This document shows, piece by piece, positions 18,679-28,550 of a DNA stretch of 64,000 nt. Source of the stretch: a virus (taxonomy: Duplodnaviria; Caudoviricetes); IMG/VR virus record IMGVR_UViG_3300032293_001439, positions 5,290 through 69,289 of that record. One strand, written 5' to 3'. Every line of letters starts with the position of its first letter. The stretch's first letter is position 1. Position numbers and translations under genes: made by a program. The notes beneath the pieces are model-generated. The model made no database searches and had not been told where the DNA came from. It saw only the letters and a list, made by a program, of their open reading frames with translations.

Positions 18679-19431
18679 ATGAAAACAAAATGCATAGTAT
18701 CAGCTAAAAAGAAGGTAAAAGATAAAAAAGAAAAGACCACCCCAGATCTTATTACTGTAATTTTGCTATGCGATAGCTCTGGGTATAGAATGAAGTCCTA
18801 CGGTCCAGTTTCTTTGATCGCAATAAATGATGTAAAATTAATAGATCTACAGATTCAATGTATTAGAAATGTATTTGAAAACTTTGAGATAATATTGTGT
18901 GTGGGATTTGATGCTGAGAAAATATGTAAATATATTAGATCAGAACACGGCGACAAAAGAATAAGAATAGTGGAGAATCAATTACATAATGTATCTAACT
19001 CTTGTGAGAGTTTAAGATTGTCATTAAATAACACCACTAATAACAAAGTAGTTGTATGTGATGGGAATTTAATTCTAAACGAAGAATGCCTGAGAAACAT
19101 AGACACAGATTGCTCATGCGTTCTAATAGAAGAAGATCCATGTGAAAACTTAGAAATTGGACTAAATATAGATGACAAAAAAATTGTACAGCATTTGTCG
19201 TATGGGGCGAACAATACTTGGTCAGAAATATTCTTTCTCAATGGTTTAGAAATCATAGAATCATTGAGAAAAATAGTTACAAAATATGATAGTAAAACAC
19301 GGTTCGTATTTGAGTCAATCAACGAGTTAATAAAAATGAAATACGAAGTCAAATCAATGTCGAATAAGAACAAAGTGATAAAAATAAACAACATAAAAAT
19401 GTATCATTCTATTAAGGGGAACAATGTATGA
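18679..19431 (+). CDS. Nucleotidyltransferase-fold protein (LicC/GlmU-like), degenerate motif
   Basis: VILLCDSSGYRMKSYGPVSLI, EIILCVGF, IVEN, SLRL, CDGNL. Confidence 0.7.
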   Translation: MKTKCIVSAKKKVKDKKEKTTPDLITVILLCDSSGYRMKSYGPVSLIAINDVKLIDLQIQCIRNVFENFEIILCVGFDAEKICKYIRSEHGDKRIRIVENQLHNVSNSCESLRLSLNNTTNNKVVVCDGNLILNEECLRNIDTDCSCVLIEEDPCENLEIGLNIDDKKIVQHLSYGANNTWSEIFFLNGLEIIESLRKIVTKYDSKTRFVFESINELIKMKYEVKSMSNKNKVIKINNIKMYHSIKGNNV

Positions 19432-20282
19432 AAATTTTGATATCTGATTATTCATCTGAACATACAACAGAGCCTCTGTATCTAAATACCATATTCAATT
19501 CTATCGGATGTACATCTATTTTGTGTCCACCAAATATGAGTATGTTTGACACCTTTGATATTACACAACCAAATTTATTTATCACGCATTTCTCAAAAAT
19601 ATCAAAAGACGTTGTAGCTTATCTAAAGGAGCGCAAAGATATTGATATTATTGTAAATGTAACTAATCTTAAACAAGATAGCCTAAATCAACTAGAGTCC
19701 ACCCTATATGAGAATGGGATAAAGCCATTATTTTTCTTTGTAAACAACTACGATCATCAGCTAAAAGCTTCTAAAACAAATATCAATGTTGTATTGCACG
19801 GTGCTGATGTGCTGTTTGGCAATATCAACAAGATGTTTGATATAGACTGTGGAATCTTTGTAGACAAGTCAGAAAATCTTAAATCGATTGGAGAAACATA
19901 TCACTATTTATCCAATTCTCAGAAGATGGAAGATATTGCCGATATTGTTATGCCAAACCACAAGTTGACTCAGTTTTACCCAAGCTACAATAGAATCATT
20001 TTTAAGTACTTTAATAACATATTACCACAGGCGTTTTTTGATGCAGCGTACTATGGCAGGACTGTCTATTATGATATAGAGGATAGGTCTATCCTAGACA
20101 TTCATCTACAGAAATTGTTCGGTGAATCTGGTCTATGTGTAGATCAAGATACTGGATGTGTTTCTCAAAGAATAAAGCAAAAACATACCTGTCTACACAG
20201 AGCAAAATCTTTATTATCTCAACTACCATGCAAAGTTTATACGGATAAACTACAAGCAATTATAGAGGAACAACTAAAATGA
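19428..20282 (+). CDS. Hypothetical protein, possible degenerate GT-B (spore maturation CgeB-like tail)
   Basis: C-terminal KHTCLHRAKSLL resembles the HT..HR end of CgeB-type GTs. Confidence 0.5.
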   Translation: MKILISDYSSEHTTEPLYLNTIFNSIGCTSILCPPNMSMFDTFDITQPNLFITHFSKISKDVVAYLKERKDIDIIVNVTNLKQDSLNQLESTLYENGIKPLFFFVNNYDHQLKASKTNINVVLHGADVLFGNINKMFDIDCGIFVDKSENLKSIGETYHYLSNSQKMEDIADIVMPNHKLTQFYPSYNRIIFKYFNNILPQAFFDAAYYGRTVYYDIEDRSILDIHLQKLFGESGLCVDQDTGCVSQRIKQKHTCLHRAKSLLSQLPCKVYTDKLQAIIEEQLK

Positions 20283-21019
20283 GCCTAGTCACAGTAATAA
20301 TGAATTCTTATAAGCGGCCTCATACAATTAGTGAGCAATATGAAGCTATTAAAAACCAAACGATAAAAGATATTTCCATTATGTGCTGGTTTAATTTTGA
20401 TGAGGATTCAAGACGAGAAAATTACCCAACCGATTTTGTTCATAATGTTCCGTGTGCATTTTCTAATATAAATCTAGGAGTTTGGGCTAGATTTGCTTAT
20501 GCTTTAAATGCTAATAGCAAATATATATGCGTAGTTGATGATGATACTATTTTTGGTAGCAAGTGGATAGAAAATTGTTTAAATACAATGACAACACACA
20601 GAGGTTTACTTGGTTGTCGTGGCGTAAGAATGGTGGGTGATGACTACAATCAATATCCAGCTTGCAAATACGAAAGCATTTGTGGAAATGAAAACATCGA
20701 ACAGGTTGACATAATGGGACACTGTTGGTTTTTTGAAAAAGAGTGGCTTAGAGCTTATTGGGCAGAAATGCCATATCAGTTGCCACCGTTTGGTGGAGAA
20801 GATATGCATTTTTCATTTGCTATACAAAAACACTTTGGCCTTAAAACATATGTTCCGCCACAACCAAAAGACGATAAAGAAATGTGGGGATCGATAAATC
20901 CTTCTAAGTATGGTGAAGATATGGTGGCGACATCAAGAACCAAGGACGGATTCATTCAAGCAAACGCTTATTGGAATCATCTTTTGTCACAAGGCTATAA
21001 ATTAGTGAAAGATCAATAA
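20279..21019 (+). CDS. Glycosyltransferase, GT2-like
   Basis: VTVIMNSYKRP, NLGVWARF, VVDDD, GEDMHFS. Confidence 0.82.
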   Translation: MSLVTVIMNSYKRPHTISEQYEAIKNQTIKDISIMCWFNFDEDSRRENYPTDFVHNVPCAFSNINLGVWARFAYALNANSKYICVVDDDTIFGSKWIENCLNTMTTHRGLLGCRGVRMVGDDYNQYPACKYESICGNENIEQVDIMGHCWFFEKEWLRAYWAEMPYQLPPFGGEDMHFSFAIQKHFGLKTYVPPQPKDDKEMWGSINPSKYGEDMVATSRTKDGFIQANAYWNHLLSQGYKLVKDQ

Positions 21020-22014
21020 TGTTACTGATTACATTTGGAACTCGACCAGAATGGATCAAGATTAAGCCAATTCTTGACAAGATACAAGGAAGAATCCCAT
21101 ATAGATTGGTATGTACCGGTCAGCACAGTAACTTGCTAGACAAGTCCATAAATGATTATCAAGTACAGTTTATGTCTATCGAAAATGGTAAGAATAGATT
21201 AGATTCTATTGTAGTTTCTATACTAGAACATTGTGACGATATCTTCAAAGATATTAAATATACAATGGTGCAGGGAGATACAACGTCTGCGTTTGCTATA
21301 GCTTTAGCATCATTTCATAGAAAAATACCAGTAATACATTTAGAGGCTGGCTTAAGATCGTGGGATATAAACAATCCATATCCAGAAGAATTCAACAGGT
21401 GTGCTATAAGCAATCTAACATCTATTCATCTATGTCCAACAGAAGAAAATAAGTACAATATAAGAATGAATGACGGTGAGAAGTATGTTGTTGGGAACAC
21501 AGTTTTGGACTCTTTGGTAGACAAAATTCCAACATTAGAAAATTTTATTCTTGTTACTTTGCATAGAAGAGAAAATATAGAAGATATCTTTTCATGGTTC
21601 CATGCTATAGAACAATTAGCACAAGAAAATCCACACCTTGAGTTTATTTTTCCTATGCATCCAAATCCAGAAATACAAAAATACAGAGATATCTTTAGAA
21701 CCGTTAAGGTAATAGAACCGCTATCTCATGAAGAATGTATCGATTATTTGGCTAGATGTTCTATGGTGATAACGGATAGTGGTGGCATACAAGAAGAATC
21801 TGCGTTCTTAAAAAAGCACTGCATAGTCTGTAGACAAACGACAGAAAGAACAGAGGGCGAACTTATTTTCTCGCAATTATGCCCATCTCCAGATCGCTTG
21901 AAAGAACTATTTAATAAGACAAAAATTGAACTTGTTGATTACGCTTGTCCGTATGGCGATGGAACAGCAAGCGATAAAATATTAACAATTTTGGAGCAAT
22001 TATGCTATCAATAA
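21019..22014 (+). CDS. wecB: UDP-N-acetylglucosamine 2-epimerase (non-hydrolysing)
   Basis: GTRPE.IK, TGQH, QGDTTS, HLEAGLRS, PYPEE.NR, TLHRREN, TDSGGIQEE, PYGDG. Confidence 0.95.
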   Translation: MLLITFGTRPEWIKIKPILDKIQGRIPYRLVCTGQHSNLLDKSINDYQVQFMSIENGKNRLDSIVVSILEHCDDIFKDIKYTMVQGDTTSAFAIALASFHRKIPVIHLEAGLRSWDINNPYPEEFNRCAISNLTSIHLCPTEENKYNIRMNDGEKYVVGNTVLDSLVDKIPTLENFILVTLHRRENIEDIFSWFHAIEQLAQENPHLEFIFPMHPNPEIQKYRDIFRTVKVIEPLSHEECIDYLARCSMVITDSGGIQEESAFLKKHCIVCRQTTERTEGELIFSQLCPSPDRLKELFNKTKIELVDYACPYGDGTASDKILTILEQLCYQ

Positions 22015-22610
22015 ATAAATACAATCTTGGAAACTATGTTGTTCCAGAGGATTCTTATGGTGGAATATGCGTTGATATAGGGTGCAATGTTGGTAGCTTT
22101 GTATCAAAGTATGTGCATAGTTTTTCAAAAATATTGTATTACGAACCTATAAAAGCCTGTTTTGATATATGTAATGAGCTTTTTAGCGAATACTCCCACG
22201 TAAAAGGATTTAATAATGCGGTATGGTCAAAATCAAATGAAGTGGTTAATATATTGACACATGTAAATAATGATAGCGGCTCGTCGGCTATAGAGTCTGA
22301 TATATTAAATAATGAGTGGGCAAAAAGAGAGATAATACACGAAGTACAAACAGTTTGCTTGGAAGATATTTTAAGTATAGCTGGGGGAGAAATAGCTTAT
22401 TGTAAAAGCGATTGCGAAACTAGTGAATATCATATCTTTTTGAATAAAAATATAAGAGATATAAAGTACATAGGAATGGAAATTCACTGGCAAATGGGTG
22501 AAGACAAACAAAGAGAATTAATGTTACATATATTAAAAACACATGATATTATATATGGTGATGTAGGATATACAAACTATAATAGAGAAATATTGTTTAA
22601 AAGGAGATGA
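22002..22610 (+). CDS. FkbM-family SAM methyltransferase
   Basis: VDIGCNVG, YEP, NAVWS, KSDCETSEY, MEIH. Confidence 0.85.
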   Translation: MLSINKYNLGNYVVPEDSYGGICVDIGCNVGSFVSKYVHSFSKILYYEPIKACFDICNELFSEYSHVKGFNNAVWSKSNEVVNILTHVNNDSGSSAIESDILNNEWAKREIIHEVQTVCLEDILSIAGGEIAYCKSDCETSEYHIFLNKNIRDIKYIGMEIHWQMGEDKQRELMLHILKTHDIIYGDVGYTNYNREILFKRR

Positions 22611-23335
22611 TCGTGGCTAAGTCTTTCAAAAAAGATATCAAGATCTTCAAAGATAAAATAGAAAAAAACGAACACTTTAGTTTTTCTAAGTACGCTGATG
22701 GCGAGTGGGCCGTTATGCAAAATCACAAAATAGACAACAAAGAGTTCTGGTTTGATCCAGAAAATGAGTTGGACGCTATCAAAAGAAACAAGCTGATAGA
22801 GTCTTTCAAGTATAAAAATGACAGGTACTATGTTGGCATATCTTGTCCATGTTGTCAAGGAATGGAAACTTTTAAAGCAATGAAAGAATTCAGTGAGCAA
22901 GATGATAATAAATTAACATGGGCAAATTTGTGGGTAAATGGTAACTACAAATACTATGTTAAAAACATACTACCACTATTTTCGGATCGCAAGATTGTAC
23001 TATTTTGTAATAAAAATGGAGAAGTAGAAAACTTACCATTTAAACCATTTGCAACAATAAGAGTTTCTAATAATGCTTGGCAATATGATTGGTCAACAAT
23101 AGAAGAAGCCAAGTGGCTTATACGAACTTGTGACTTGAGAAATATGGTTTTCTTGTTTTGTTGTGGGCCTTTTGGCAACATTCTATGCCATGAGCTAACT
23201 GAATATGAACCAAATAACACATATCTAGACATTGGATCGACTTTGAATCCATATCTTAAGTCAGCCGGATTTGAAAGATTTTACTACATGGGAGATAATG
23301 TGTTTTCTAAAATGGAGTGTGTATGGGGAGACTAA
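22607..23335 (+). CDS. GT-D fold (DUF1792-like) glycosyltransferase
   Basis: FSFSKYADGE, LFCCGP, YLDIGS signature motifs. Confidence 0.75.
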   Translation: MIVAKSFKKDIKIFKDKIEKNEHFSFSKYADGEWAVMQNHKIDNKEFWFDPENELDAIKRNKLIESFKYKNDRYYVGISCPCCQGMETFKAMKEFSEQDDNKLTWANLWVNGNYKYYVKNILPLFSDRKIVLFCNKNGEVENLPFKPFATIRVSNNAWQYDWSTIEEAKWLIRTCDLRNMVFLFCCGPFGNILCHELTEYEPNNTYLDIGSTLNPYLKSAGFERFYYMGDNVFSKMECVWGD

Positions 23336-24006
23336 GCCTACCAGACGTAACTCTGGTTTCTGTTTGTGGAAACGCAAAATTTCTTGTTGGCATCATAAGA
23401 GCAGCAAGATATTGTATGAAAAATATTGACTTTGGTAAGGTAAAAATCCTATCAAATGTTGATGTCAAGCTTGATGATATAGAAGTAATAAAAATTCCAT
23501 CATTAAATCAAGAACAGTACTGTACATTTTGCTTGTACGAACTTCCAAGGTATGTGGACACCGAATATTGTTTGACATTCCAAGGTGATGGATTTGTAAT
23601 TAATCACGATTTATGGAATAATGAATTTTTAAAGTATGACTATATTGGTGCGCCTTGGATATTTGAAGTAGTTAATAATGTGGGCAATGGAGGATTTTCA
23701 CTAAGAAGTAAAAAATTTTTGTGTTCGGCTAAGACACTTGAGTATAATAGTAGGATACAATTTCAGCCACACATACCAGCTGGTGATCTTGTAACACCAG
23801 AGGATTGGTTTACTTGTTGTTATTCATATAAAGAAATGATCGGAATGGGTGTAAAGTTTCCAGAACTATCTTTAGCATATCAATTTGCAGTAGAGCATCC
23901 ATCACCAATAAAAAATTATGATAGATTTGATATAAACACATATGGATCTTTTGGGTTTCATGGAAATTTTAATAAGGCAGCGATGAATTTATTGGAGAAA
24001 CAATGA
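23323..24006 (+). CDS. DUF5672-family putative glycosyltransferase
   Basis: FQGDGFV, YDYIGAPW, VGNGGFSLRS, PEDWF, FGFHG. Confidence 0.8.
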   Translation: MGRLSLPDVTLVSVCGNAKFLVGIIRAARYCMKNIDFGKVKILSNVDVKLDDIEVIKIPSLNQEQYCTFCLYELPRYVDTEYCLTFQGDGFVINHDLWNNEFLKYDYIGAPWIFEVVNNVGNGGFSLRSKKFLCSAKTLEYNSRIQFQPHIPAGDLVTPEDWFTCCYSYKEMIGMGVKFPELSLAYQFAVEHPSPIKNYDRFDINTYGSFGFHGNFNKAAMNLLEKQ

Positions 24007-24644
24007 ATAAGTACTCATATGATACAGAAGAGTTTGACTTTGTTAGCATAGTTAAAAGCGCGTTTAATATAGAAGATTTATCGTTAGTTCATACTATATT
24101 AGATAAGCAGCTAGAAATGCCAACAGATCCAAGTCAAGATCAGCAAACAACTTTTCATAAAATTTTCTATAAAGTATACGAGGAAGAACCCTCAGAATTT
24201 TTAGAATTATACAAACAATTTGTTGCTCATATAGCAAATAATTATTTTTCGGGACTTAAAATTATATATCAAACTAAGCCCACATTTAGGGTTCAAGCAC
24301 CAAATAATATAGCGGTCGCTAAATGGCACAAAGACAAAGCATATAACCACTCTTCTAACGAAATAAATATATTCTTGCCTTTAACACGGGCTTTTGATAC
24401 AAATACAATATGGGCCGAAAGCGAAGAAGACAAGGGTGATTACTCACCTATGAACGCAGAGATTGGTGAGTTTTACATATGGAATGGTGCTAATCTTTAT
24501 CATGGTAATAAGCAAAATGAAACAGGATTAAGCAGGGTTAGCGTTGACTTTAGAGTAATATTTGAAGATAAGTTTGATTACGAGGGAACAAGCGTAACAA
24601 CAAAAGTTCCAATGAAACTTGGTCATTATTGGTCGAAACTATGA
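24003..24644 (+). CDS. StrG-like 2OG-Fe(II) oxygenase-fold protein
   Basis: YQTKPTFRV, WHKD, NIFLPLT, LYHGN..N.TG.SRVSVDFR (HxD...H...RxS). Confidence 0.78.
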   Translation: MNKYSYDTEEFDFVSIVKSAFNIEDLSLVHTILDKQLEMPTDPSQDQQTTFHKIFYKVYEEEPSEFLELYKQFVAHIANNYFSGLKIIYQTKPTFRVQAPNNIAVAKWHKDKAYNHSSNEINIFLPLTRAFDTNTIWAESEEDKGDYSPMNAEIGEFYIWNGANLYHGNKQNETGLSRVSVDFRVIFEDKFDYEGTSVTTKVPMKLGHYWSKL

Positions 24645-25381
24645 TGAACTCCAATCTTGTATCCGCCCATATGTTCCTATATTATGGAGAAACGGGCGAG
24701 TATGTTTTAGATACAGTGTCTAAGTTTTACAATGGTTCATTATATCTATCTCTAGTAGAGAATAATTCAAATAATGACTTTTTTCTAAATATTGCAAAAG
24801 AAAAATTTGAAGATATCCGCGTCGTATATGTAAGCAATTGTGGTACTGATCAGTACGGTTTTTACAATAGCTTTAAACATGATTTTGAGAAAACCCCGTG
24901 GATTTTTTATTGTCATGACAAACACCCCAACAAGCGTGGATGGTTACAGCAAATGCTTTCAGTCTATAAGGATGTGAGCGAGGATATACTTACCCAACAT
25001 AATAATGGCATCATTAGTTCTGAAAAATATAAAAGACAACAGCCCTCATTTGAAGAGTTGCTATCCACTTATGCATCCTATTCATATGAATATAGAAAAG
25101 AAATTGTTCAAAGTATGCACACGTTGATATGGTTGCACGAATTAGAGAAAATATTGTTATCAAAATACGACATTGGAAACAAAGATTTTAAATGTCCTAC
25201 ATTTTCTGCTGGCAACACATTTTTAATTAGAAGAGATGTAGTAGAAAAGTCTCATGGATGTGTATATGAGAAATTTTTTAATCATGGCATATATAGAACA
25301 GATGGGGAAGTAGAACACGGATTAGAAAGATTTTACTTTTATGTTTCCCAATGTTTAGGTTACGAAAACATTTATATATAA
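24641..25381 (+). CDS. Rhamnan synthesis protein F (RgpF)-like glycosyltransferase
   Basis: HMFLYY, N.GTD..GF, CHDK, FSAGNTF, DG..EHGLER. Confidence 0.7.
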   Translation: MMNSNLVSAHMFLYYGETGEYVLDTVSKFYNGSLYLSLVENNSNNDFFLNIAKEKFEDIRVVYVSNCGTDQYGFYNSFKHDFEKTPWIFYCHDKHPNKRGWLQQMLSVYKDVSEDILTQHNNGIISSEKYKRQQPSFEELLSTYASYSYEYRKEIVQSMHTLIWLHELEKILLSKYDIGNKDFKCPTFSAGNTFLIRRDVVEKSHGCVYEKFFNHGIYRTDGEVEHGLERFYFYVSQCLGYENIYI

Positions 25382-25386
25382 GGATT

Positions 25387-25827
25387 ATGAATATGAATCT
25401 GGGTATCTATATCAATAATTTAGCTGACACTCAACAGCTAAAAGCTATTAGCGATACGGTCAATGAGTGTGTGAATAAAAAATTAATCGATGATTGTAGC
25501 ATATTTTTTGACAACATCGCTTTCAATCCATTCAAAATACAGTGTGGTATTTTTAATTCTACTGATATATGGAATTTCAGTGGTAAACTAATTACAACAT
25601 CTTTTCAGTCAACAATAAGCGCACTGAAAATAGTAAATAATATAGAAATCTACTATTACTATGGCTGGGAAAATAAAGTAAATACTTTGTCGCTTATGAG
25701 TCTTTTATCCCAAGGCGTAATCCCAGTAGCCAAAACAGAAACTAACCAATTAGACATGCACAGAAAAACTGGCGTTAAACCAGAACTATGTGTTGATTTT
25801 ATGTCGATAGTAAACAAAATAAGGTGA
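25387..25827 (+). CDS. Hypothetical phage protein
   Basis: ORF with AGGA SD in the operon. Confidence 0.6.
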   Translation: MNMNLGIYINNLADTQQLKAISDTVNECVNKKLIDDCSIFFDNIAFNPFKIQCGIFNSTDIWNFSGKLITTSFQSTISALKIVNNIEIYYYYGWENKVNTLSLMSLLSQGVIPVAKTETNQLDMHRKTGVKPELCVDFMSIVNKIR

Positions 25828-25830
25828 TAC

Positions 25831-26598
25831 ATGGATACTAAAAAGATTGTTGATATGTACACTAATCAAAATAAAAGTACATACGAGATAGCTGAACACT
25901 TTGAGACATATCCGAACAAAATTAGACGCGTTTTAATTAAAAATGGAGTCGAGCTAAAAGACAAAAGCGAAGCACAGAAAAATGCTATAGAGCATGGAAA
26001 GGCTATTCATCCAACTAAGGGCAAGGTTAGGTCACAAGAAGAAAAAATAAAGATTAGTTCTGGTATAAAGAAATACTGGTCAGATATGGATGATAAAACA
26101 TATAAAGAGAAAGTAGAGAAGTCAAAGAAGCGGTGGCAATTGATGAGCGAACAAGAAAAAACACTTATGCTAGAATCTGCCATAAAAGCAATACAGGTGG
26201 CTGGTAAAGAAGGGTCAAAACTAGAAAGATTTCTTTATGAAGAGATTGTGAATGGCGGTTATCCCGTAGAATTTCATAAAAAATATCTTATTCAAAATGA
26301 GTACTTGGAAATCGACATGTACATACCCAGCCTCAAGACTATAATAGAGGTAGACGGTCCATCGCACTTCTTACCGATATGGGGAGAAGAAAAGCTAAGA
26401 AAACAAATCAAGGCCGATGTAAATAAAACTGGATTAATTCTTAGTAAAGGCTACATAATTATTAGGATCAAAAATTTGGCTGATTCTGTTTGTTTAGCAG
26501 ACAGAGAAAAATTGAGGCTTGACATCCTAGATCGTTTGAGTATAATCGAAAAATCGTTTCCACCAAAGTCAGAAAGGTACATTGAGATAGAGATATGA
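25831..26598 (+). CDS. HTH + NUMOD3-like + DUF559/Vsr-type endonuclease
   Basis: STYEIAEHF HTH; KGKVRSQEEKIKIS (NUMOD3-like); SKLE, EIDMY, IIEVDGPSH, GYIIIRI. Confidence 0.75.
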   Translation: MDTKKIVDMYTNQNKSTYEIAEHFETYPNKIRRVLIKNGVELKDKSEAQKNAIEHGKAIHPTKGKVRSQEEKIKISSGIKKYWSDMDDKTYKEKVEKSKKRWQLMSEQEKTLMLESAIKAIQVAGKEGSKLERFLYEEIVNGGYPVEFHKKYLIQNEYLEIDMYIPSLKTIIEVDGPSHFLPIWGEEKLRKQIKADVNKTGLILSKGYIIIRIKNLADSVCLADREKLRLDILDRLSIIEKSFPPKSERYIEIEI

Positions 26599-27365
26599 AA
26601 ACCTATGTAGAAGAAGTTAATGGCTTGTTTGATGAAGTTGAATTAGCTACTCCAAGCAATACAAACACAAAGACCAAGGACGTTATTCAATCAGATATTC
26701 CATCTATGCTATCAGCAGAATGGCATGATTATGCTATGGGGCTGTTTCATGAGTCGGAGATGATTGATGGTCATCCTCTGGTTGCTGGTTTGAGGCGTGT
26801 AGCAGAGGTTGTGCTGGGTCCAATTGTTTTTAGTGGACCAACACAGGTCTTTCCGGTACAGCGAGAAGATCATCATGGTCGTGCAACCGTAGTATTTACA
26901 GTAGAGTTTGCTAATGGTATGAGATACGCAGAGGTTGCAGATTCTTGGGAGGGCAATACCGATGATATGTTTTGTGCGTTTGCTGTTGCGATAGCAAGCA
27001 CAAGAGCAGAGGCCAGAGCGTTACGCAAGGCACTTAAGATTAAGGGTGTTGCAGCAGAAGAGTTGACCAAGAAGGATACTGCTAAGATTGTTCGTGATAT
27101 TTCTACTACTAAGTCAGCTAGCGAAGGTGAGTATGACGATCAAAGTAGAATGAGTGACGCTCAGTACAATTTTATTGATGTTAAGTGCAAGCAACTTAAT
27201 GTCAATGGAAAGAAGCTATTTGCAGAGTTTAAGGTAGATAGTGGACGTAAGGTATCAAAGAAAGTTGCTAGTGATATTATTGATAGGCTCAATGATTATC
27301 AACGCGACAAGAGTTCTATTCCAGAAGATTTATTAGGCTATCAACAGGAGTGGCGTGACCAATGA
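26595..27365 (+). CDS. Putative single-strand annealing protein (Rad52/22-like fold)
   Basis: GLRRVA, RATVVFTV, ASTRAEARALRKAL helix; C-terminal MSDAQ...VSKKVASDIID small domain. Confidence 0.5.
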   Translation: MKTYVEEVNGLFDEVELATPSNTNTKTKDVIQSDIPSMLSAEWHDYAMGLFHESEMIDGHPLVAGLRRVAEVVLGPIVFSGPTQVFPVQREDHHGRATVVFTVEFANGMRYAEVADSWEGNTDDMFCAFAVAIASTRAEARALRKALKIKGVAAEELTKKDTAKIVRDISTTKSASEGEYDDQSRMSDAQYNFIDVKCKQLNVNGKKLFAEFKVDSGRKVSKKVASDIIDRLNDYQRDKSSIPEDLLGYQQEWRDQ

Positions 27366-27697
27366 AGATTACATATACTACAAAGAACGGCAGAATTAAG
27401 GTAGAAATTGATGGAGAATCACAAAAGGATCTTTTTGAATCACTAAGCAAGTTTCAAGAAGTATTTGACGAGTCTGTATGCGGAAAGTGCGGCTCTGAAA
27501 ATCTAAGATTCGTAGTAAGAAATGTTGATGATAATCAATATTATGAACTACGCTGTTTAGATTGTGGTGCTAGACTAGCGTTTGGCGTTAACAAAAAGGG
27601 CGGCGGTTTATTTCCAAAGCGAAAGGACAACGATGGAAAGTGGCTTCCAGATAACGGCTGGGTAAAGTGGAATCCCAAGAGCGAGCAAGCGGAATGA
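27362..27697 (+). CDS. Zinc-ribbon hypothetical protein
   Basis: CGKC...CLDC; GGAG SD. Confidence 0.7.
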   Translation: MKITYTTKNGRIKVEIDGESQKDLFESLSKFQEVFDESVCGKCGSENLRFVVRNVDDNQYYELRCLDCGARLAFGVNKKGGGLFPKRKDNDGKWLPDNGWVKWNPKSEQAE

Positions 27698-27754
27698 AGT
27701 ATCTGTTGTTATTTGCAATAATCTATATTCAAAATAGATTTATCGCTTAGAAGT

Positions 27755-27797
27755 AAAGAAAAAGGGGGTAGCCAAAAACTACCCCCGAATCTTTTTA
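27755..27797. terminator. Intrinsic terminator between the convergent arms (probably bidirectional)
   Basis: Stem GGGGGTAG (27764-27771)/CTACCCCC (27779-27786); the A-tract on the left gives a U-tail on the - strand; CTTTTT follows on the + strand. Confidence 0.85.
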
Positions 27798-28517
27798 TTA
27801 TAGATACTCTACGCTAAAATATAAGCCGTATTGAGTTTTACTACCAACGGTGACAGGCTCTGAGCTAAGAGCCACGTACCAATCATGTCTGGTAGCTTCA
27901 TGCAAACTACCATTCTGAGAAGAATATCCAAGAGCGGGATTTGTATCTTGAACATTGGTATTTAGACCACTCATGCCGGGAGAGGCTGTAAAAGTCATAT
28001 CGGTCATTGCGTCTAGTGAATCAAATTCATACCAGCTATTTGCTTCTCTGCCTCTATGGCTTAAATTGGAGACTGATTGAAGACTTGATGGATGTCTGCC
28101 CTCATAAACATAAGTAACAACACCGCTAGCATGGTTGATTATGTTATTTCTGTCAAATATACGTAATTTGCAGTTCTGAACTCTTACGGCTTCGCTATGT
28201 GTAAATCTTATATTAAGTGGGCATAGGTAGTTTGGTAATCTGTCTAAATTGACCGAACTAGCCCCGTTTATGCTAACTGTTCCAGCGGTCACAGAATTTC
28301 CACTGGTCATCATTGTGGTATTATTTAGTTGAGATCCTTGATTAACACCCAATGAGTCTGTAACGAACGTTGTGGACTGTCTAGTGCCGATTGGTACAGA
28401 AACACCAAAATTACTGCCATAAAAACCAACGCCAGAGCCAGCAGCATGGTTTATTAACTGGCCGTTTGAGCCAGCGCCCTGACCATTAATATTAGCAAAA
28501 AACGTAATTTCAGCCAT
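27798..28517 (-). CDS. Putative virion structural protein
   Basis: Beta-rich S/G/N composition, strong AAAGGAG SD, preceded by the candidate late promoter motif. Confidence 0.6.
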   Translation of the reverse strand: MAEITFFANINGQGAGSNGQLINHAAGSGVGFYGSNFGVSVPIGTRQSTTFVTDSLGVNQGSQLNNTTMMTSGNSVTAGTVSINGASSVNLDRLPNYLCPLNIRFTHSEAVRVQNCKLRIFDRNNIINHASGVVTYVYEGRHPSSLQSVSNLSHRGREANSWYEFDSLDAMTDMTFTASPGMSGLNTNVQDTNPALGYSSQNGSLHEATRHDWYVALSSEPVTVGSKTQYGLYFSVEYL

Positions 28518-28550
28518 AAAAATCTCCTTTTAAAACACTGTTACATAGTA

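Noticed and set aside
27719-27741. Small AT-rich hairpin (AATCTAT...ATAGATT) before the main terminator
   Set aside because: Weak AT-only stem, expected by chance at this base composition.
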